From positions 1 through 64,000 of the IMG/VR virus record IMGVR_UViG_3300038499_000012: DNA of 64,000 nucleotides; one strand, given 5' to 3'. The stretch is from a virus. Its lineage: Duplodnaviria; Heunggongvirae; Uroviricota; Caudoviricetes. A model generated the notes under the pieces. The model did no database searches. It had not been told where the DNA came from and saw nothing but the letters and a program-made list of their open reading frames with translations. A program made the translations under genes and the position numbers. How positions within the stretch are numbered: the first letter of the stretch is position 1; each line of letters opens with the position of its first letter. Below, in pieces: positions 1-10,021 of this stretch.

Positions 1-406
1 TACCCATACAAAGCCCGTAAGGGCAGGTATTGGTCGTTGGAAGACAACTGAACCTACTACCCGTGGCAGGGTAAAAGACATTAGGGATGCTTCCCTAGTC
101 CCTATTCCCTCTGTAGGTCAGTCTCGAAGGGCGTAATTACCTATCTTGCCCGCAAGGGCTGGATAGAGTCCAGAGTTCCATAAGCCTGTAGGAGTTCTGG
201 TTACAAGTTCCATCAGGTTCCCGGCCTAGTCGTGGGAAGGACTTCGATTCCTCCCACGACTAAAGCCGTGGGTTTCTTCTCGTGGAGGATCATGAGGCAA
301 AAGAGTCCATCAAAAAATTGATAGACTATGCCCAAAATCATGGTGATCACCCAAAAACACCTGAAACAGAAATTGAAAATAAAACCACAAACGAAAGGGG
401 CCTCCA
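1..406. other. non-coding structured region (possible ncRNA; may be partial at window edge)
   Basis: No ORF with a ribosome-binding site. GNRA-tetraloop hairpins gcccGTAAgggc (~13-24) and gcccGCAAgggc (~148-159). A 12-bp hairpin with a T-loop-like loop cTTCGAt at ~229-260. Confidence 0.25.
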
Positions 407-1207
407 ATGAAGGGGATCTTGATTAAAGCAGCCAAAAATCTATATGACCTACTTCTGGGTAAGGATCCCGAGGAAGAAAAGACCGTCCAGGAGAAGATTC
501 AAAGTGCTGTACAACGAGAGCTTGAGCTCGCAAACCTCAAGGAGACCACAGCTACCACAGCTATTTCCGCGGCACTGACCTACCGTAAGGAACTGGCCAA
601 ACTTGTTGCTCAGTCTCAAGAACTCCAAGTCCAGGCCCTCAAAGCCCAGAAAGCCGGAGAGGAAGACAAGGCCAAACGAATCCTCGCCCTGAGAATGGCT
701 ATTGATGAAAAGATAGCGGCCCAGACCGACCAATATCAAAAGTCGGATGCCGTAGCCAACAATGCTATCGTGGCTGCTAAAAAACAGTTCAAGAAAGCCC
801 AAGATGCATCCCAAGACCTTCCGAGAAAAATCATGCAGCTTGAAGTTAATAGTATGATGGACAAAGCCATAGCCTTTGAGAAGGACACAGGTTGGAAAAT
901 GTCCGCTCAGGAGAGCTACAAGGCCTTGGCAGATTCCATCGATCTGAAAACTGCACAACTTACAGCCCGAGCTCTGATTGAGGATTCATCTCAATTAGGG
1001 CTGGATGAAGAGGTCGGGAATGTGATAAAAGAAGGGCGATTCGAAGAAGAGTACAAGAAGCTACAGCAGGACTCTGCTATAGTAAGGGATGCCGACTACA
1101 CAGTCGTAGATAATGTGGCTACAACGGCTGCCAAACTTCTGGCCGAGCCGGCTTTTGGTGGTACTGTTCCAGGGCTTGAGGCTACCATTCCAAAGAAACT
1201 TACATGA
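407..1207 (+). CDS. PspA/IM30 (phage-shock protein A)-like coiled-coil protein
   Basis: ORF with RBS aaagggg. N-terminus LLGKDPEEEKTVQEKIQ... and long Q/A/E/K heptad coiled coil resemble E. coli PspA ([20 protein letters not shown]...). Confidence 0.4.
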   Translation: MKGILIKAAKNLYDLLLGKDPEEEKTVQEKIQSAVQRELELANLKETTATTAISAALTYRKELAKLVAQSQELQVQALKAQKAGEEDKAKRILALRMAIDEKIAAQTDQYQKSDAVANNAIVAAKKQFKKAQDASQDLPRKIMQLEVNSMMDKAIAFEKDTGWKMSAQESYKALADSIDLKTAQLTARALIEDSSQLGLDEEVGNVIKEGRFEEEYKKLQQDSAIVRDADYTVVDNVATTAAKLLAEPAFGGTVPGLEATIPKKLT

Positions 1208-1455
1208 GAATCAAACAGGCTATCACAGAGCTACAGAGGGCTCTGAAGAAGGTCGGAAATGTACGGATTCTAGTTGATACAGAGGCTGGAGAGTTCCCCT
1301 GTCACATGGTGGATGTAGACCACTTTACCGGCAGTGATGTATCAGAAAGTGGGGGAAAGGCCTACTGTCTTGTAACGTTAGATCCGGAAGTCATGTGTAT
1401 GGTACATCCTGTGCCTCCTCGGGCACAACCTTCAGTAAGGAAACACAAAGTATGA
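1204..1455 (+). CDS. hypothetical protein
   Basis: ORF whose start overlaps the upstream stop (ATGA). Confidence 0.3.
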   Translation: MRIKQAITELQRALKKVGNVRILVDTEAGEFPCHMVDVDHFTGSDVSESGGKAYCLVTLDPEVMCMVHPVPPRAQPSVRKHKV

Positions 1456-1655
1456 GTATAGAAAGACATCCGAACTTTCATGCATGCCAGTTTGCAGCGG
1501 AAATAACAGCATCTTATTTCGATTGTCTGAGAAATGAGACAGCAAAACAAGAACACCCTGACGTCACGCGGGCCATCGTTGAATTCGTATCATAAATCGA
1601 AGCGAGAGTTGATGAAACAGTGGCCTCTAACACCACAAAAGCTGAGTGAATATTT

Positions 1656-2108
1656 ATGTGCATGTGTTGTTCAGCAAAAGCACGGACTATCAAAAGGGAT
1701 ATCCTCCCAGGCTACAACCTCTTAAGGGCTACTGTAGATGTTGATGCATATTCCTCAGAGCTCTCAGTAATGACTCGTGAGGGCGTTGGACTCTCGTGGC
1801 CCAAGGGATGGTACGCCCTGCAGCGCTGGAATGACCCTGATATCATCTTTGAGCATAAACCAGCACCCGACCCACTTCAATTAGGAAAGCTCAACGCCAA
1901 CACACATCCTAAAGAATTCGAAGCCTGGAAAAAATGGGCAGATAATGCTGAAATTACAGAAAAATCTCTAACGCTCCCTGCCGATGTGGGATACTTTTTC
2001 GTGAGAGCCTGTAAGAAGGCTGGATATCGAAATCGAGACGGAAGATTGTCGTTCTGGTTAGTTGATTACTTGGGACGACAGCTCAAGCGAAAGGCAAGGT
2101 CCGTATGA
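1656..2108 (+). CDS. hypothetical protein
   Basis: 150-aa ORF; true start may lie downstream of the track start. Confidence 0.3.
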   Translation: MCMCCSAKARTIKRDILPGYNLLRATVDVDAYSSELSVMTREGVGLSWPKGWYALQRWNDPDIIFEHKPAPDPLQLGKLNANTHPKEFEAWKKWADNAEITEKSLTLPADVGYFFVRACKKAGYRNRDGRLSFWLVDYLGRQLKRKARSV

Positions 2109-2290
2109 CCCAAAGAGAAATGTTTGAAAAGTCCTTTCAGAGACCATGCAACTATTTTGAACTCTCTGGAGAAAGCCAGTGGGCCATCGATAAAGAATTG
2201 GGAATTCTAGACTGGGATGGAAAAGACCTGTCGAAAGCGGATAAGCTCAGATTCAAGAACCATTACAATAAGGAAAAAAGGCTTAAATGA
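2105..2290 (+). CDS. hypothetical small protein
   Basis: ORF with start overlapping the upstream stop (ATGA). Confidence 0.25.
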   Translation: MTQREMFEKSFQRPCNYFELSGESQWAIDKELGILDWDGKDLSKADKLRFKNHYNKEKRLK

Positions 2291-2631
2291 AAACCCACAA
2301 GCTAAAGACTCTGCCGGAGTATTTCAAAGCCCTCAAGGAAGGCTCCAAACCTTTTGAAATACGCAAAAATGACACGGACTTCCAGGTGGGAGACGAGCTC
2401 ACGCTGGCTGAATGGGACCCCATAGGAAAGAAAGAAACCGGTCACTACGTGGGCTGTCGAGTCACGTACGTCTTGGACAGCTCCTCATTTCCTGAAGGAC
2501 TCAAAGACGGTTACGTAATAATGGGCACCCAAATAAAAGAAGTCTGGATCAACCCCAACCTCGTTCCTTATCCGGAAGTTTTCACCAGGGAGTCTTGGAA
2601 AATGGGTGCCGTGGGCGTGATGGGAGTTTGA
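2287..2631 (+). CDS. ASCH/PUA-like domain protein
   Basis: GxKxxExR motif (GSKPFEIRKND) typical of ASCH domains; size ~110 aa. Confidence 0.45.
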   Translation: MKTHKLKTLPEYFKALKEGSKPFEIRKNDTDFQVGDELTLAEWDPIGKKETGHYVGCRVTYVLDSSSFPEGLKDGYVIMGTQIKEVWINPNLVPYPEVFTRESWKMGAVGVMGV

Positions 2632-2883
2632 ATGGCAGGATTCCTCGATAGCTATGAGTGGGAAGATTGGGACTTAGCCGAGTATGCCCTCGGTGAATCT
2701 TTAGGCATTTTACCTAAGGGCGGTTTTCCTGTAACTCATAATTGGGTAGTAACTACTGATACTCCTATGGGGAGGTTGTTGGGTAAAATGCTTCGTGAAC
2801 TTATTGATATAGGTTATTTAGAAACTGATGTAGATGATGACCTCCGCATCCGAAGATGCTCCAACTGGAAACTATCCCAATGA
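2632..2883 (+). CDS. hypothetical protein
   Basis: ORF immediately following the upstream gene. Confidence 0.3.
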   Translation: MAGFLDSYEWEDWDLAEYALGESLGILPKGGFPVTHNWVVTTDTPMGRLLGKMLRELIDIGYLETDVDDDLRIRRCSNWKLSQ

Positions 2884-3101
2884 AACCTTTCATCCTATTG
2901 GTGGCTACTGTAGATGGATTATATGGGACGGCAACTCAAGAAAAAACAGATTCAAAAGGTTCACGGTGCCAGTAGACCTACTAAACCTACACCGAAAAGG
3001 TTGAACTCTATAGTCACCGTGAAATCAGAAAAAATAACTAAGAATATTTTCGCTATGGCAGACATAGAACATGTGTAACATCCTTGACGTAGCTAACGTC
3101 A

Positions 3102-3392
3102 GTGTGGCGGGATTCCTCGATACAAAAAATGACTATAACAATGAAATCTCTCATCATCCTCATCACCTTCCTGAGCGTAGCGTCCGCAGAGTGCTACCTC
3201 AAAGCAGTCATCACAGCCTCCGGGACCAAAGGACTGTTCAGGACCCCTTACACCGTCGTACGTACCATCCAAGATACCCCCCAACTCCTACAGATAGACG
3301 GCATCAACGCCGGTGCCCGTGGGGATACCGTCACCGTGCATACGGGATGTGGCGGGACGTGTGAAAGAGGATTTTGCTGGGAAATAAAATAG
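3102..3392 (+). CDS. small secreted Cys-containing protein
   Basis: Signal-peptide-like MKSLIILITFLSVASA. Real start probably the internal Met (MTITMKSL). Confidence 0.3.
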   Translation: MWRDSSIQKMTITMKSLIILITFLSVASAECYLKAVITASGTKGLFRTPYTVVRTIQDTPQLLQIDGINAGARGDTVTVHTGCGGTCERGFCWEIK

Positions 3393-3434
3393 ACTTATAC
3401 CGTATGACCCTTCTGAAAGTAAAGGATAGTTAAA

Positions 3435-3740
3435 ATGACCCTGGGACAACGCATGCTTTTAGCTATAGCTAAAGAGCACATCGAACAAAGCAATACATCA
3501 GGAGCTCTGGACATCCTTTCCGCCATCCTTAAAGGAGATGGAGGCCCTTCTTCAGACATCACCGTGTACATCCGTAAGGATCAGGGGGAAATCATTCTGG
3601 GTACTTCTGAAGAAGGTATCCAAGGCAAGTACTTTGGGCCTATGGTGGCTAACTCCTCTCGCTGCGAAGAAGAGTATGAAGTCGTACGTATGGCATCCCC
3701 CATATCCATTCAAATTCAACCACAAATCGTGATAGGATAG
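3435..3740 (+). CDS. hypothetical protein
   Basis: ORF with RBS aaaggatag. Confidence 0.3.
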   Translation: MTLGQRMLLAIAKEHIEQSNTSGALDILSAILKGDGGPSSDITVYIRKDQGEIILGTSEEGIQGKYFGPMVANSSRCEEEYEVVRMASPISIQIQPQIVIG

Positions 3741-3746
3741 ACTACC

Positions 3747-4193
3747 GTGGGCGGAGAAGTACTTCTTGTCTTGGAAAAGGGAGAGGTGCATAAGCTTAGA
3801 AGATTTTTCGACATCAATCCAACAGTCTTCATAGAAGGTGATGATGGTATCTATTCTGTGGAAGCACCTACAAAAGGCGACGGATGTTGGATCGAGTTCA
3901 GAGGAGGAAATAAAGTTCAGGTAGGCTACCAAATATTTGACTTATGCTCAGAATGGGCCTTGGCTGTAGCCTGTGGCATCAGGGATAATTTCAAAGTCTT
4001 AAAAGGTGGTTGGGACTCAGTTGGGTATTGCAAAGATTTTTTCACTACCCATCCATTCAGGGCCAAGATAAGAGTGCTGCAGAGATTCCTGAAAGAAAAA
4101 CCCAATGCCGCTTCATTAGAATCCATAAAAGACTACAGAAAATACAAAAAAATGTATACCAAAAGAGTAGAAGAAATATTCAGAAGCGTATAA
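3747..4193 (+). CDS. hypothetical protein
   Basis: ORF. Confidence 0.3.
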   Translation: MGGEVLLVLEKGEVHKLRRFFDINPTVFIEGDDGIYSVEAPTKGDGCWIEFRGGNKVQVGYQIFDLCSEWALAVACGIRDNFKVLKGGWDSVGYCKDFFTTHPFRAKIRVLQRFLKEKPNAASLESIKDYRKYKKMYTKRVEEIFRSV

Positions 4194-4209
4194 AGAAAGA
4201 GAGTGATCT

Positions 4210-4884
4210 ATGGAACTTATGAAATCCCTGATCTGTGACTGGCATAATGCCTTCTTCACAGCAAATATTGTGTTCTGGATCATTTATCTGTTCATTACAC
4301 TCGTCGGAGGCTCGGACGGGTCAGACGTAAGCCACGATACAGACATGGATGGACACTTATTCTCAGGACACGATGTTCATCACGATGTCAGTCATGACGG
4401 GCACCCCAACATTACCAGTAATTTCCTGAACTTTTTAGGTATCGGACGATGCCCCATGAGTATCGTCTTCATGATCATGGGCATAAGTTTTGGATTCACA
4501 GGACTTGTGTGCAATACCGTCTTTTCATTCTTACGAATCATTCCAGCAGGCCTCTACTTCTTTCTATCCGCAATCATAGCTCTGATAGTATCCATGATCA
4601 TAACCAGCGCCTGCTCCCGGGTCGTAGCCAAGATAATGCCTAAGAAAGGAACCACAGCCATCGAACTCAGTAGTCTTGTAGGCCGATACGGAGAATCCTC
4701 AATCACCATAGACAGTAAAAGCGGCCGTGCTCGCGTCCAGGATCAGTATGGAACACTGCACAACATCTATTGCCGTATATCAAAAGATGATCAACCCATT
4801 CCACCTAACACAGAAATACTGATATTGCTTCGTGATGAAGAAAATGTCTTTGTTGTTACCAAAAAGCCCGGCTATCAAGCATAG
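4210..4884 (+). CDS. NfeD/YqiJ-like inner-membrane protein
   Basis: Multi-TM N-terminus plus OB-fold-like C-terminus. NFLNFLGIGRCPMSIVFMI... and ...GTLHNIYCRISKDD... resemble E. coli YqiJ. Sits directly upstream of the flotillin gene, as in the yqiJK pair. Confidence 0.5.
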   Translation: MELMKSLICDWHNAFFTANIVFWIIYLFITLVGGSDGSDVSHDTDMDGHLFSGHDVHHDVSHDGHPNITSNFLNFLGIGRCPMSIVFMIMGISFGFTGLVCNTVFSFLRIIPAGLYFFLSAIIALIVSMIITSACSRVVAKIMPKKGTTAIELSSLVGRYGESSITIDSKSGRARVQDQYGTLHNIYCRISKDDQPIPPNTEILILLRDEENVFVVTKKPGYQA

Positions 4885-4922
4885 GGCCCCTATATCCACA
4901 TACCACATAAAAGGAGTCTTGG

Positions 4923-6812
4923 ATGAAACTCAAAGTTTCTCTCACACTGATGCTGTTGACAGGTGTCGGAATCATCGCCCTGTCCATATTCGCAATCCCC
5001 GGAAATCTTTCCAAAATTATCTGGTCAGCAGTCGGATTGGGTATCATCGTCATCGCCGGCATAGGTCTTATCATCAGCACCCTCTATGTCAAAGCCAAAG
5101 GTAACCTCGCATATGTGAAAACCGGATCCGGGGGCCTGGAAGTCATCAAAGATAAAGGACGCATCATCATAGGCTTCCTGCATGAGATCATACCCGTGTC
5201 TCTGGAAACCATGAAGATTACCGTAGAACGAACCGGTAAGGAGTCACTGATAACCCTCGATAAGATGCGTGCGGAAGTCACCGCCGAGTTCTACATCCGC
5301 GTTAAAGCCGACGCAGATCAAGGAGATGGCAAGAAACCTATCTACGGAGGCATACAAACCGCAGCGAGAACTCTGGGTGATAAGATAGCATCCCGACGTA
5401 AAAATGATCAAGGAAGCGTCCTGGCAGCACAAACAGAAGCCGTCAAAGAACTCGAGAAGGAAAAGCTCATCGACGCCCTACGCACCGTAGCAGCCAAGAT
5501 CAGCTTGGAAGATCTCAACCTGAAACGCGATGAGTTCAAGAAAGCCGTTATGGAAGTGGTCAAAGATGGCCTCGAACAAAACGGCCTCGAACTGGAAGAC
5601 TGCACAATATCCTCTCTGGATCAGGCCCCCTCGGCCGTTCTGGATCCCAATAACTCCTTCGATGCTCAGGGTCTCAAGAACCTGCAACAAATCATCTCCC
5701 AAGCATCAGTGAAGACCAATGAACTGAGACGGACCGCGGAACTGCAGATCAAAAAGCAAGACGTAGAAACACGTAAAGCCATTCTTGATCAAGAGCAAGA
5801 CCAGAAGTTCAAGGAAGCAGATCAGGCGAAACAAATCCGTGCCTATACCGCCGAACAGAACAGAGTAGGATCCATGGCGGAAATAGCCTCCCAGGAAGAA
5901 GTAGCCAAAAGAGGTATCGCCAAAGACCAAGCCATCGAAACAGAGACCGTCCTTAAAACCCAAAAGGTCCAAATGGCAGTGGTTGAACAGACCAGAGCCG
6001 TTCAGACCGCGACTATTGAACAACAGAAATCCACAGAACTTGCGGACCGGTCAAAACAGATTGCTATAGCCCAAAAAGACGCCGAACGGGCTACGGTAGA
6101 CCAAAAACGTGCAGAGGCCGAAGCCCTAGCCGAAAAAGCCCGCCAAAACATCGAAACGGTCAAAGTCACTGAGACGGCCGAACGTCAGAAAAGTAAGCTC
6201 GTCATCGACAAACAGGCGCAAATCGAGCAATCACGCCAGGAAGAGCAGATGAAGGCCGACGTCAAGGCCTACACAACCGAGAAGGAAGCCCAGGGACGTA
6301 AGCAAGCTGCTGAAGCCGATTATCAAGCCCGGGTCAAAGCTGCTCAGGCCGATAAGGAAGCCGCCATGATGATTGCCGAAGGTTCCCGGGCATCAGCTAT
6401 GGTACCTGTCGAGGTCGCTCAGAAACAGGTTGAAGTCGATACCGCCCGAATAGCCAACGTTCTCAAACCCGAGCTCGAAGCCAAGTCCAATCACCAGAAG
6501 GTGTCAGTGGAATTGGAACTCGGGAAGCTGCAGATCGTGGCTCAACAGACTATTGGTGTCGAGTTCGCCAAAGCTATGGGTAGCATGACCTCCAAGGCCA
6601 ACATGACCATCTTCGGAGATCCCAGTACCCTCGCCACTATGTTTGAAAAGTTCTCCAAGGGCATGGGAATGGGGAAGATGGTAGAGGGCTTCCTACATAA
6701 CCCTGAGGCTGTATCGGCCATTCAGGGGCTCGTAGAGAAGGCTGGAGGAACTGTGGGCGGAATCGTGGACCGTCTCCTTCCCAAAAAGGATCCGACATCT
6801 GATAAGAAGTAG
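4923..6812 (+). CDS. flotillin-like SPFH/band-7 protein (YqiK/FloT-like)
   Basis: N-terminal TM segment, SPFH-like segment (LAYVKTGSGG...IIPVSLETMKITVE), then a very long EA/Q-rich coiled coil typical of flotillins. Confidence 0.6.
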   Translation: MKLKVSLTLMLLTGVGIIALSIFAIPGNLSKIIWSAVGLGIIVIAGIGLIISTLYVKAKGNLAYVKTGSGGLEVIKDKGRIIIGFLHEIIPVSLETMKITVERTGKESLITLDKMRAEVTAEFYIRVKADADQGDGKKPIYGGIQTAARTLGDKIASRRKNDQGSVLAAQTEAVKELEKEKLIDALRTVAAKISLEDLNLKRDEFKKAVMEVVKDGLEQNGLELEDCTISSLDQAPSAVLDPNNSFDAQGLKNLQQIISQASVKTNELRRTAELQIKKQDVETRKAILDQEQDQKFKEADQAKQIRAYTAEQNRVGSMAEIASQEEVAKRGIAKDQAIETETVLKTQKVQMAVVEQTRAVQTATIEQQKSTELADRSKQIAIAQKDAERATVDQKRAEAEALAEKARQNIETVKVTETAERQKSKLVIDKQAQIEQSRQEEQMKADVKAYTTEKEAQGRKQAAEADYQARVKAAQADKEAAMMIAEGSRASAMVPVEVAQKQVEVDTARIANVLKPELEAKSNHQKVSVELELGKLQIVAQQTIGVEFAKAMGSMTSKANMTIFGDPSTLATMFEKFSKGMGMGKMVEGFLHNPEAVSAIQGLVEKAGGTVGGIVDRLLPKKDPTSDKK

Positions 6813-6816
6813 TCGT

Positions 6817-6833
6817 TTCCCCTGTATAATACA
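6817..6833 (+). promoter_or_regulatory. promoter motif ttCCCCtGTATAATAca (member of a recurring CCCCGTATAATAA family)
   Basis: TATAAT at ~6825-6830, only ~6 nt from the ATG at 6837; the transcript could be leaderless. Confidence 0.35.
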
Positions 6834-6836
6834 GAC

Positions 6837-7538
6837 ATGCTCACAAAGATAACGACCTACTGTACCATGGGCTGTACGCACTGCTTGGAAGATGCGACAG
6901 TCCATGGTACGCATATGTCTGAGGAAACCTTCATAGCTGCTCTTGATTTCATCACGAAACACGACCTAAAGTTCATTCTGATCAGCGGAGGAGAACCTAC
7001 CGACCATCCTTTCTATGAGCGTTTCATAGGCCTGATACCTCCTGGAATAAAGGCCATCGTTCTGAGCAACGGCCTGTTCACTCTTGATGAACGGCGTCGT
7101 TTCTTGAACATGCCTGTTGATTATCAGATCATCAATGACCCTGCCTATTACCCAAAGATGGTTCCTCGAATAGAACAGGAAAACGTCCTGTACGATAATA
7201 AGGTCTTTGGAAACATCTACCCATTAGGACGTGCAAAAACTAATGGTCTCGAAGCTACTCGTCAGAGTCCCTCCTGTTACAACTTTAGGGCCCTGGTAAA
7301 GAATAGAAGAGACTTCATTGAGGGACTTTTGACTCTCAGAACTATGGGTAAAATGTGTAGTCCTTCTATTGATGTGGAAGGGAACCTACTTGCCGGGGAA
7401 TGTAGATTCTGTTCCAAGGTCGGGACAGTCTGGGATTCAAATATACGACTCACACAAAACTGCCTAGACCTCAAGTGCAATCGCTGTGGACTGTTCGATA
7501 ATCTCAGCCCAGCACTTAGAGCTCAGCTCAGTTGCTAA
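6837..7538 (+). CDS. radical SAM domain protein
   Basis: CxxxCxxC (CTMGCTHC) near the N-terminus, GGEPT motif, C-terminal Cys cluster. Confidence 0.5.
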   Translation: MLTKITTYCTMGCTHCLEDATVHGTHMSEETFIAALDFITKHDLKFILISGGEPTDHPFYERFIGLIPPGIKAIVLSNGLFTLDERRRFLNMPVDYQIINDPAYYPKMVPRIEQENVLYDNKVFGNIYPLGRAKTNGLEATRQSPSCYNFRALVKNRRDFIEGLLTLRTMGKMCSPSIDVEGNLLAGECRFCSKVGTVWDSNIRLTQNCLDLKCNRCGLFDNLSPALRAQLSC

Positions 7539-7974
7539 AGAAGCGAATGTGAAAGCAAAGCCATTCACGCCATTCACGCACATTAAACATATCTACAATG
7601 GGATTGTTAAGACCATTGAGTATTCCAAGGTTCATAGAAGGCACTCATTGGAAACTCCCCGAGTATTCCTAAAAGAGTTCTGCACCCTACGTCTGTCTCT
7701 ACCACGTAGACTTGGTAACACCACCCTGTGTTGGATGCTAATGGAACGCTATAAGAATGCGTTATGCGTAACATTAAATCAGGACCTGCTCAATCAGATA
7801 CTAGCGGGAAATCCTCGTAAGTACGATGGTGTATACCTAACATGGAATCAGGTTATCAGAGAAACAAGGATGTCTAAATTAGATTTAGTGGTTGTAGATT
7901 GCGCTTCACTTGTGGAGCGCCTGGACGATATCTACGAAAGCACTCAAGCATCTTTCTATGTTTTTATTTCATAG
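7486..7974 (+). CDS. hypothetical protein
   Basis: ORF overlapping the upstream gene end. Confidence 0.25.
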   Translation: MDCSIISAQHLELSSVAKEANVKAKPFTPFTHIKHIYNGIVKTIEYSKVHRRHSLETPRVFLKEFCTLRLSLPRRLGNTTLCWMLMERYKNALCVTLNQDLLNQILAGNPRKYDGVYLTWNQVIRETRMSKLDLVVVDCASLVERLDDIYESTQASFYVFIS

Positions 7975-7984
7975 GAGTACGAAA

Positions 7985-8218
7985 ATGTCAAGAGTATGTC
8001 ACGAGTGCGGATACAACGTCCAAAATCCGTTTCATGCGGTCAGCGGAGTGGTTCGAAATGGTTCCCGCACAGCCTACACGAATATGGAAGTGAGTCTCTG
8101 TGATACAGAATACGGCGTAATCAAACCATTTCTGCTGAATGAAGCCCCCGAAGGAACATGCTTTGGGGTGGATGGAGTGACCGGTTCTCTTGGGGGTTCT
8201 CGAACAGCGTTCAACTGA
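7985..8218 (+). CDS. hypothetical small Cys-containing protein
   Basis: Internal Met MSRVCHECGY preceded by RBS aggagt; the track ORF 7910 probably starts here. Confidence 0.25.
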   Translation: MSRVCHECGYNVQNPFHAVSGVVRNGSRTAYTNMEVSLCDTEYGVIKPFLLNEAPEGTCFGVDGVTGSLGGSRTAFN

Positions 8219-8523
8219 CAGGGGCTTACGAGAAGCACGGTACGTGGCAATACCTCAGCATGGAAGATGCCAAAAAACTACTGCCAAAAACTGCAAGAGA
8301 TTTATTGAACGAGCCGGAATGGTTTGAGAATACAGACAATACCTGGAAGGAAGCCTCTTGGGTCAAATAAAAGAACAACCTGTATGTCTACAGACGAACA
8401 CATATGTGCAAAAATCAAAATATGGGGAAGCCTCTTTTTAATAAAACCAGATAACTACTTGTACGGCACAATAGGATTAGGGGTGGCCTTAGAAGCAGGA
8501 AGATTGGAGCGATAAGGAGATAC

Positions 8524-9402
8524 ATGGAAGCAAAACCTTTTGTGAAATGGGCCGGCGGTAAGGGCAGACTTCTGGAACAATACGACCGATTCTTCCCAAC
8601 AGAACTCAAAAAGGGCACCATAAAAACCTACGTGGAACCCTTCGTAGGAGGAGGAGCCGTCTTCTTTCATATCGTTCAGAAATATCACATTGGAAAGGCT
8701 GTTTTATGTGACATTAATCAGGACCTGTGTAACACCTACAGCATCCTTCAAAGACAGCCCGAACTACTCATCAATATTCTTAAAGATATCCAAGAGGCCT
8801 ATTGGGCCAAAAACGACGCGGCTCGTGTAGCGTATTTCAATCTGATGCGCAGACGGTACAATACGCCATCCGTATCGTATACGGATAGAGCAGCCCTTTT
8901 TGTCTTCCTCAACAAAACCTGTTACAATGGTTTGTATCGAACCAACAGCCGCGGGGAATTCAATGCCCCTATAGGACGGTACGTCCAACCCCGCATACTG
9001 GATGCAACCAACTTTCGATTGGTATGCGAGGTCCTGAAAAAAACCGAGATCTTATGTGGAGACTTCGCAAATGTTTCCCAACACGTAGATGCGGATAGCT
9101 TTGTATACTTTGACCCTCCCTACAGACCCATTAGTAAAACATCTTCCTTTAGCTCTTTCGATAAGGCAGGATTCGGGAATTCTGAGCAGGAGCGGCTGGG
9201 ACAGTTCTTCAGAGACCTGGATCTTACCGGGGCCAAGCTCATGCTCAGCAACTCCAATCCAAAAGTTGTGAATCCTCATGACAATTTCTTTGACCGGCTC
9301 TTCAAGGGCTTCAAAATACGGAAGGTTTTGGCTCATCGATTCATCAACAGTGCCGGCGGAAAACGTGGGAAGATATCGGAGCTCTTAATCACGAATTATT
9401 AG
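8524..9402 (+). CDS. dam: DNA adenine methyltransferase (Dam family, N6-adenine)
   Basis: KWAGGKGRLL, EPFVGGGAVFF and DPPY motifs. Confidence 0.8.
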   Translation: MEAKPFVKWAGGKGRLLEQYDRFFPTELKKGTIKTYVEPFVGGGAVFFHIVQKYHIGKAVLCDINQDLCNTYSILQRQPELLINILKDIQEAYWAKNDAARVAYFNLMRRRYNTPSVSYTDRAALFVFLNKTCYNGLYRTNSRGEFNAPIGRYVQPRILDATNFRLVCEVLKKTEILCGDFANVSQHVDADSFVYFDPPYRPISKTSSFSSFDKAGFGNSEQERLGQFFRDLDLTGAKLMLSNSNPKVVNPHDNFFDRLFKGFKIRKVLAHRFINSAGGKRGKISELLITNY

Positions 9403-9427
9403 CACATCATTCATAAGGAGTATTGGG

Positions 9428-10003
9428 ATGAAGTATCTAGCTATTCTTCTGCTGTCAGTCAGTCTATCGTATGCCGGGCCAGAAGTCACAGTGGATCTAT
9501 CCAAGCTTTCATCAGAGGCCCGGGATGCCGTGCTGAAAACTGTGAACAATCAGCCCAAATCATCTTTTGATTCCCTGGTTGGTAAGGCTGTTACCGACCC
9601 AACAGTGGTAGTTGGATGGGCTAAGGACATAGGTTTGGCGGTAGCCGAGGTCTGCAAAGCCCTCAATGTCCAGGTCAATGAGTTCTCAAAAACTCGAGTA
9701 GGTGTTCTGATTACCGGACTCATCATATGGAAAGTGGCCGGTAAGGACATAATGTCTATTGTCGGATCGTGCGTGATAATGTTGATTTTTCTCCCCATAT
9801 GGCTATGGTCTTACCGTCATTTCCATATGCGAGAACGCATCGTTACAAAAGTTGAGGTACGAGGTAAAAAAGAAGTCCCTATTGAAGTAGGGTATATTTC
9901 CAGGTACGAGTTCAGGTCATCGGATGCTAGAGTAGCATCTGCTTGCGTCCATGTCGGATTATTGTTGGGTCTCATGCTTATTGTCGGTGTCATAGGTTGC
10001 TAA
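9428..10003 (+). CDS. secreted/membrane protein
   Basis: Signal peptide MKYLAILLLSVSLSYAG plus hydrophobic helices. Confidence 0.35.
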   Translation: MKYLAILLLSVSLSYAGPEVTVDLSKLSSEARDAVLKTVNNQPKSSFDSLVGKAVTDPTVVVGWAKDIGLAVAEVCKALNVQVNEFSKTRVGVLITGLIIWKVAGKDIMSIVGSCVIMLIFLPIWLWSYRHFHMRERIVTKVEVRGKKEVPIEVGYISRYEFRSSDARVASACVHVGLLLGLMLIVGVIGC

Positions 10004-10021
10004 AAGGACAAGGAGTATTTC

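Noticed and set aside
213-407. 64-aa minus-strand ORF at the window start
   Set aside because: No RBS. It lies in a hairpin-rich non-coding region and is better explained as structured RNA or DNA.
449-958. 169-aa minus-strand ORF inside the PspA-like gene
   Set aside because: Antisense shadow ORF of a coiled-coil gene with a biased codon pattern; the plus-strand ORF has an RBS and coherent coiled-coil periodicity.
6837-7538. Assigning the first radical-SAM protein as QueE or NrdG
   Set aside because: Only the generic CxxxCxxC and GGEP motifs are visible; there is no family-specific signature.
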